DNA of 20,389 bases from Promethearchaeia archaeon (GTDB taxonomy: Archaea > Asgardarchaeota > Lokiarchaeia > Sigyniarchaeales > SOKP01): assembly GCA_046483985.1 (NCBI GenBank), contig JAWOCD010000119.1, forward strand, positions 1-20,389, written 5' to 3'. The notes beneath the pieces are model-generated. The model was not told the origin of the DNA and did no database searches. It worked only from the letters and a program-made list of their open reading frames with translations. Each line of letters opens with the position of its first letter. The first letter of the stretch is position 1. The translations under genes and the position numbers were made by a program. Positions 16,292 through 20,389 of the stretch are shown here, one piece after another.

Positions 16292-17179
16292 TTATTTTTC
16301 ACCTTCTTTTTTTCCCTTTTTGTGTTTTTCTTCTATTTCTTTTCGTATCTCTCTTTTGTTTCCCCATTCTTCGTTTAATTTCTCTATTCGCTTTCGGTTT
16401 TTCTGCCCGATCTTGCGGTGTAGTCCACCGCCCTTTGCGGCATTTACGAATCCTTGTTCCAGATGGCTTCCTATTCCCGTCTCTGCTTGCAGCCCTTCTT
16501 CGTGTGCTTTGATTGCCAATTTATAGAGGCTTTCTAAATGCTCGAAATATTCGAATTCCCGCTCGACCGTGTATTCTTCATCTTTTGCTAAATGCTTAAG
16601 CGTGTCCATGAACGCGTCCATATGGTCGATGAATTCGCTTCGGTTGCTGCGATACGCGTCCTTCGTTTTCTCTCCGATTTCATCATCTTCGTAGCCCGCA
16701 TATTTGTATTTATAGCGCACCAAATCCCGTTTTAAACTCTTCAGTTTATTACTAATTATGAATATGCGGCATCCCTGCGGGTAGTCGGTCAGTTCGATTT
16801 CCTTTCCATGATGTCGTAACGCGCGTATTCTCTTCATATCCTCCACGGGACACGCGAATCTAACCGGTTGCAGTAGGTCTTGTAGATAGTAATAAGCATC
16901 ATCCCAATCTTCGTTCCAAATGTAGTGATCTAGAATGCGCTCGTGTGTCCCGAATCGGTTTGCGCTCAATCTACACGGTGCTCTCGGACATATATACACG
17001 CGTTTGCCGACTTTTTTGTAGCATCGCAACTTACCCCACGGGCATTTGTCGTACGCGTTTCTGCGTCTTTGCTCCGTTTTTCTCTGTTTTTCCGCTCCGT
17101 TGTTGTCGTCCGCATCTTGCTTTATTTCTTGTTTAGCCATTTGCTTTCTCACCTTGTTTTTTTGCTTGTTTTCGTTCAA
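16292..17179 (-). CDS. Hypothetical protein with a C2H2-like Zn finger
   Basis: 295 aa; YICPRAPC...F.....I..H; probable start at MAKQE. Confidence 0.75.
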   Translation of the reverse strand: MNENKQKNKVRKQMAKQEIKQDADDNNGAEKQRKTEQRRRNAYDKCPWGKLRCYKKVGKRVYICPRAPCRLSANRFGTHERILDHYIWNEDWDDAYYYLQDLLQPVRFACPVEDMKRIRALRHHGKEIELTDYPQGCRIFIISNKLKSLKRDLVRYKYKYAGYEDDEIGEKTKDAYRSNRSEFIDHMDAFMDTLKHLAKDEEYTVEREFEYFEHLESLYKLAIKAHEEGLQAETGIGSHLEQGFVNAAKGGGLHRKIGQKNRKRIEKLNEEWGNKREIRKEIEEKHKKGKKEGEK

Positions 17180-18998
17180 AATCTACCAATTTCTTTAGGT
17201 TTAGGTCAATCGGTGTGCCGTTTTGCTGTTGTTGTTCGTATAATTGGACGAGCATCTGTTTAATCTGTCGTACATCCATATCTATGTCCTTTCCTTCCGC
17301 CTTTGCGCGTGCTTCCACCAGGCGTTTCATCTCCCCAGCGAAGTCTTCTTTTGCGATGTCACCGAACATATCGACAAAGTATTTCTTAATACCGCCCCAT
17401 TTCTTATCCAGGGCACGGTCAATTTCTTTCATCGTTTCGGCATTTTCTTGGCGTATACTTTCTTTAGCAAGTTGTTTTTCCTTTTCGAGTTGTTGAATGC
17501 GTTTATTCTTTTCGTTAATCTGCGACCGCTGTTCGAGTATTAATTCGGTTAAATGTTTGTTGCGGGCTATATATGACTTCCGTAAATCTTCGATTTTGAG
17601 TTGATCGCGTTCTTTGTGGGTCTGTCCGATTTTCTCTATCGATTTTTTATCTATGCGAATCGTCTCGCTCTGCCGCATCTCTACGAGTTTCTCGTAGGCC
17701 TCTACGCGTTTGTTGTGAAACGGTTTCCAATTCTGCTCCTTTGTGCCGTCTTCGAGTTCGGTTTCGATGAGTTCTTCGCCATCCACTTCATATACATCAA
17801 TGACTTCAAACTTAGTCTCCATCGGGTTGAGATGTTTTTCCTTCTTTACCGTCTTTGTTTTCTTCTTGAAATTGACTTTGCTGTCGATGGCATACAATAT
17901 TGCTGCGATTATTAGCGACATAGGAACGGATACCGTAAGTGCGATGAGAAAATGCACACCAGAGAGTAATAGAATACCCAAGTAAATACACAGCTGGAGC
18001 GGGATGCCGTGAAAACTCCACTCGAACATTTTGATAACGAATCTCGCCAGTTTTACGGGAACCGAATAGCCGACTTGCTCCTCTTTGGCATCTACTCTCT
18101 TTTCATCCATGTATGCATTAAGGAGATACCGAATCCACAGGTAATTTTTGATGAGATGCTTGTTTTTGTAGTCCTCCATACTTACCATCGAATATAGGTT
18201 AAACCGCTTTACGCCCGACCGCATTTCGTAAATATATAACCCCCGATTCGGATCGAAGTCGGGTTTTTCGATGTTTTTCACTTCTCCTAATACTTCGAGT
18301 TCTTTGCTGCGCACTAATTCGCCTTTTTCGTTTTCCTTTACTTTATATGCTTCTATATAGACTTTTCTGCGAGCCTTCATAATCAACACTACGGTTGCCC
18401 AGGTAATGTTGCTGAAAAAGATCAGCGCCATTAGGAATACTTCGAACGACACGCTTCGGTCTTTTGCTTCATCTTCTTCCGATTCATCGGTCGTTTCTTC
18501 ATCCGCATCTTCTTCTGCGGGTGCTTCTGGCACAAACGGGTCTAATTGCATAATAAATCGCATTTGGTTTATTTCCAAAAAGACTTTGTTTCCGAAGTGG
18601 TCTCGATCCGCTTGCATTTCCAAAGTGTCGTTGTTAATTTTCGAATATACGAACATATTGTTTGTATTGCTCGAGATGTTGTATTCGGTGTCTTCATTAC
18701 CGAAAGATCCGCTTGTGATGTTTTCGTCCTTCGATTCTACAAAGAAATAATGATAATTCGCATCGTTCCCGTAGTCGATGGAAATGTTTTTCCAACTGAA
18801 TTGCTCTGAGTAGTCGGATTCCCGATTTAAATCCACTTCAAAATCGGGATAGTCGGTGTCCGCTCCAATTGCGAGTAATACGGCTGTTTCGGTAATACAC
18901 AGTGTAATTATGAATAGGAACAACACGCTTTTGAGTTTAAGCGACTTGTTCGTATTTCTGTTCTTAACGCGTATATGCGCGTTTATATATCCGTTCAT
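17133..18998 (-). CDS. Membrane protein: glycosylated ectodomain, acidic linker, about 4 TM, cytoplasmic coiled coil
   Basis: 621 aa; N-terminal hydrophobic helix, sequons NIS/NIT/NIS/NDT, EEDADEETTDESEEDE, further TM helices, long heptad region. Confidence 0.85.
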   Translation of the reverse strand: MNGYINAHIRVKNRNTNKSLKLKSVLFLFIITLCITETAVLLAIGADTDYPDFEVDLNRESDYSEQFSWKNISIDYGNDANYHYFFVESKDENITSGSFGNEDTEYNISSNTNNMFVYSKINNDTLEMQADRDHFGNKVFLEINQMRFIMQLDPFVPEAPAEEDADEETTDESEEDEAKDRSVSFEVFLMALIFFSNITWATVVLIMKARRKVYIEAYKVKENEKGELVRSKELEVLGEVKNIEKPDFDPNRGLYIYEMRSGVKRFNLYSMVSMEDYKNKHLIKNYLWIRYLLNAYMDEKRVDAKEEQVGYSVPVKLARFVIKMFEWSFHGIPLQLCIYLGILLLSGVHFLIALTVSVPMSLIIAAILYAIDSKVNFKKKTKTVKKEKHLNPMETKFEVIDVYEVDGEELIETELEDGTKEQNWKPFHNKRVEAYEKLVEMRQSETIRIDKKSIEKIGQTHKERDQLKIEDLRKSYIARNKHLTELILEQRSQINEKNKRIQQLEKEKQLAKESIRQENAETMKEIDRALDKKWGGIKKYFVDMFGDIAKEDFAGEMKRLVEARAKAEGKDIDMDVRQIKQMLVQLYEQQQQNGTPIDLNLKKLVDFERKQAKKQGEKANG

Positions 18999-19007
18999 TT
19001 TTTCGAT

Positions 19008-19619
19008 TCACACTCCTTTTTTAGCCCATTCTTGATATTTTGTCAGCCCTTGCGGGATTACAAAGAACAGAACCGAGAATATTGTTTGAGTAGCGGTGTC
19101 GAATGACAGCGTAAAACTCTGAAATACGGGTGCAATTACCCAAGTCACCAATAAGAATAGACACCATAGAATAACGATGATGCCTTTTCGGATTTCCGTG
19201 CCGTATTGCTTCCAAAAGGAAACGATCACCGCTACGATAAAGATAATATAGACCGCAAACACGATTAATTTGGTGAGCGTGACCGTGAAATCGGCATTTT
19301 TTTCGACCATCGACACTACGCCTAGCCGCCATAACGAAATCAAAAACAACAATATCCCCAATAACGCATAAAATATCTTTAACGTCACCCGTTTTGTGCT
19401 GGTATCCATACGGTTGATAAGGAATGCTATAAACTCGATGGCGCTCATTAACACTATACCCATCAAGAACGGGATGGCATCTACGGGTATGGCATGAAAT
19501 ACATTTATAAACTGCTGTTCGATCCAAGCGAACATCGCATCCAAGATCGCCCAAAAGACGAGAAATACATCGAAAAATTCTTTTCCCGCATCCGCGACAC
19601 TTCTAATATCTAATATCAT
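19008..19619 (-). CDS. Multi-pass membrane protein (about 5-6 TM)
   Basis: 203 aa, almost entirely hydrophobic helices. Confidence 0.85.
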   Translation of the reverse strand: MILDIRSVADAGKEFFDVFLVFWAILDAMFAWIEQQFINVFHAIPVDAIPFLMGIVLMSAIEFIAFLINRMDTSTKRVTLKIFYALLGILLFLISLWRLGVVSMVEKNADFTVTLTKLIVFAVYIIFIVAVIVSFWKQYGTEIRKGIIVILWCLFLLVTWVIAPVFQSFTLSFDTATQTIFSVLFFVIPQGLTKYQEWAKKGV

Positions 19620-19809
19620 TTTTTTAGTTTCAACTCTGAATTTAGTTTATATTTTTATATCTAATTTGATTTATATGATATATTTGTGATTTTTTGTGAT
19701 TTTTTGATGAATATGAATACAAAGCGATGAAAAAAACTTTGAGATTTCGGAACTTTTCGGGTATTAGAAATCATTTTGATTTTCAATCCCGATTTTATTT
19801 TTTGTCTCA

Positions 19810-20389
19810 TTATTTAAATCCTCCTTTTTTTGCTGGTTTCGCTTCTATTTTACCATCTTTGATTCTGAATTCCTGTATTTCTCCCCAATCTGCTTCATCT
19901 TGCCGTAATCTGTCGATGAACGGTTTCAACTTACTCGACAATATCTCTCCGATCTCTTCGACTATCTGTTCGTTCTTTTTCAAATAGTAATAGACTCCGA
20001 TTAACGCGCCCGCCACACCGATAAGCGGGAGACCTTGTAATAGCATCTCCAGAGGCTCCACATAATTGATATGTATCTTGACGACCGACCTCCCTTCTGG
20101 CAGTTCATTTACATAAAAGAACAGATATCCTTCGTAATCGCCCGAGTCGGAAAGTCCGAAGACCGAGGTTGTATTGCTTATGAGTTCTAAATCATGTAAT
20201 TGTGACGGGTTAAACTGATATTTAAAGTAACATTTTTGTACGTTTAAACTCGAGTTAATAGTAATCGTGATTAGATCAGTGTCTTTATTCCAATCCCAGT
20301 CAACTTTCCGAAACGGATTTACCTTGAAATGCGCATACGAATCTTCAATGCTCGGGTCAAATCCCTGTGTCCGCTCAATAGATACCAGT
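19810..20389 (-). CDS. C-terminal part of a membrane-anchored surface protein (5' end outside the window)
   Basis: The frame of track ORF 19810..20061 is open to base 20389 (LVSIERTQGFDPSIEDSYAHF...); beta-rich region with sequons, then a TM (LPLIGVAGALIGVYYYL-KK) and a cytoplasmic tail. Confidence 0.85.
   Translation of the reverse strand, partial: LVSIERTQGFDPSIEDSYAHFKVNPFRKVDWDWNKDTDLITITINSSLNVQKCYFKYQFNPSQLHDLELISNTTSVFGLSDSGDYEGYLFFYVNELPEGRSVVKIHINYVEPLEMLLQGLPLIGVAGALIGVYYYLKKNEQIVEEIGEILSSKLKPFIDRLRQDEADWGEIQEFRIKDGKIEAKPAKKGGFK

Larger units (their letters stand above)
1..20389. mobile_element. Archaeal temperate virus / integrative element (partial genome), probably Asgard-associated
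   Basis: Integrase, MCM, many RHH and Zn-finger microgenes, packaging-type ATPase and membrane glycoproteins. Dense co-oriented genes, archaeal GGAGGTGA RBS and BRE/TATA promoters, no housekeeping genes. Confidence 0.85.

Noticed and set aside
507-19987. Many plus-strand and nested ORFs in the track (e.g. 507, 825, 5522, 13340, 16943, 17215, 18406, 19021, 19727)
   Set aside because: They are antisense or alternate-frame shadows of better-supported genes, with F/S-rich composition and no RBS.
1-20389. The window is a complete circle joining the two truncated genes
   Set aside because: Direct joining leaves 2 bases out of frame, and no terminal overlap is visible.

Overview
The window looks like most of the genome of an archaeal temperate virus or integrative element; the host is probably Asgard/Lokiarchaeia-like (inference). 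Nearly all genes lie on the minus strand. A low-GC early block (about 2.9-15.3 kb) holds a tyrosine integrase with a C-terminal Zn ribbon, a divergent MCM helicase, an ASCH protein, a degenerate tRNA-like element, a stand-alone TopoVI-A/Spo11-like (Mini-A type) protein, about five ribbon-helix-helix regulators and many tiny Zn-finger genes. A higher-GC morphogenesis block lies at both ends: an FtsK/HerA-superfamily ATPase, several membrane proteins and large glycoproteins truncated by the window edges. No capsid, terminase or portal gene is recognisable, which would fit an enveloped, extruded virion. The main points of interest are: a probable R-S-E ADP-ribosyltransferase domain inside a basic, virion-type protein; two divergent paralogous RHH genes flanking a duplicated promoter/operator array (a candidate lysogeny switch); the orphan Spo11-like gene; and the tRNA mimic. 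All calls come from motif reading by eye; no database searches were run.
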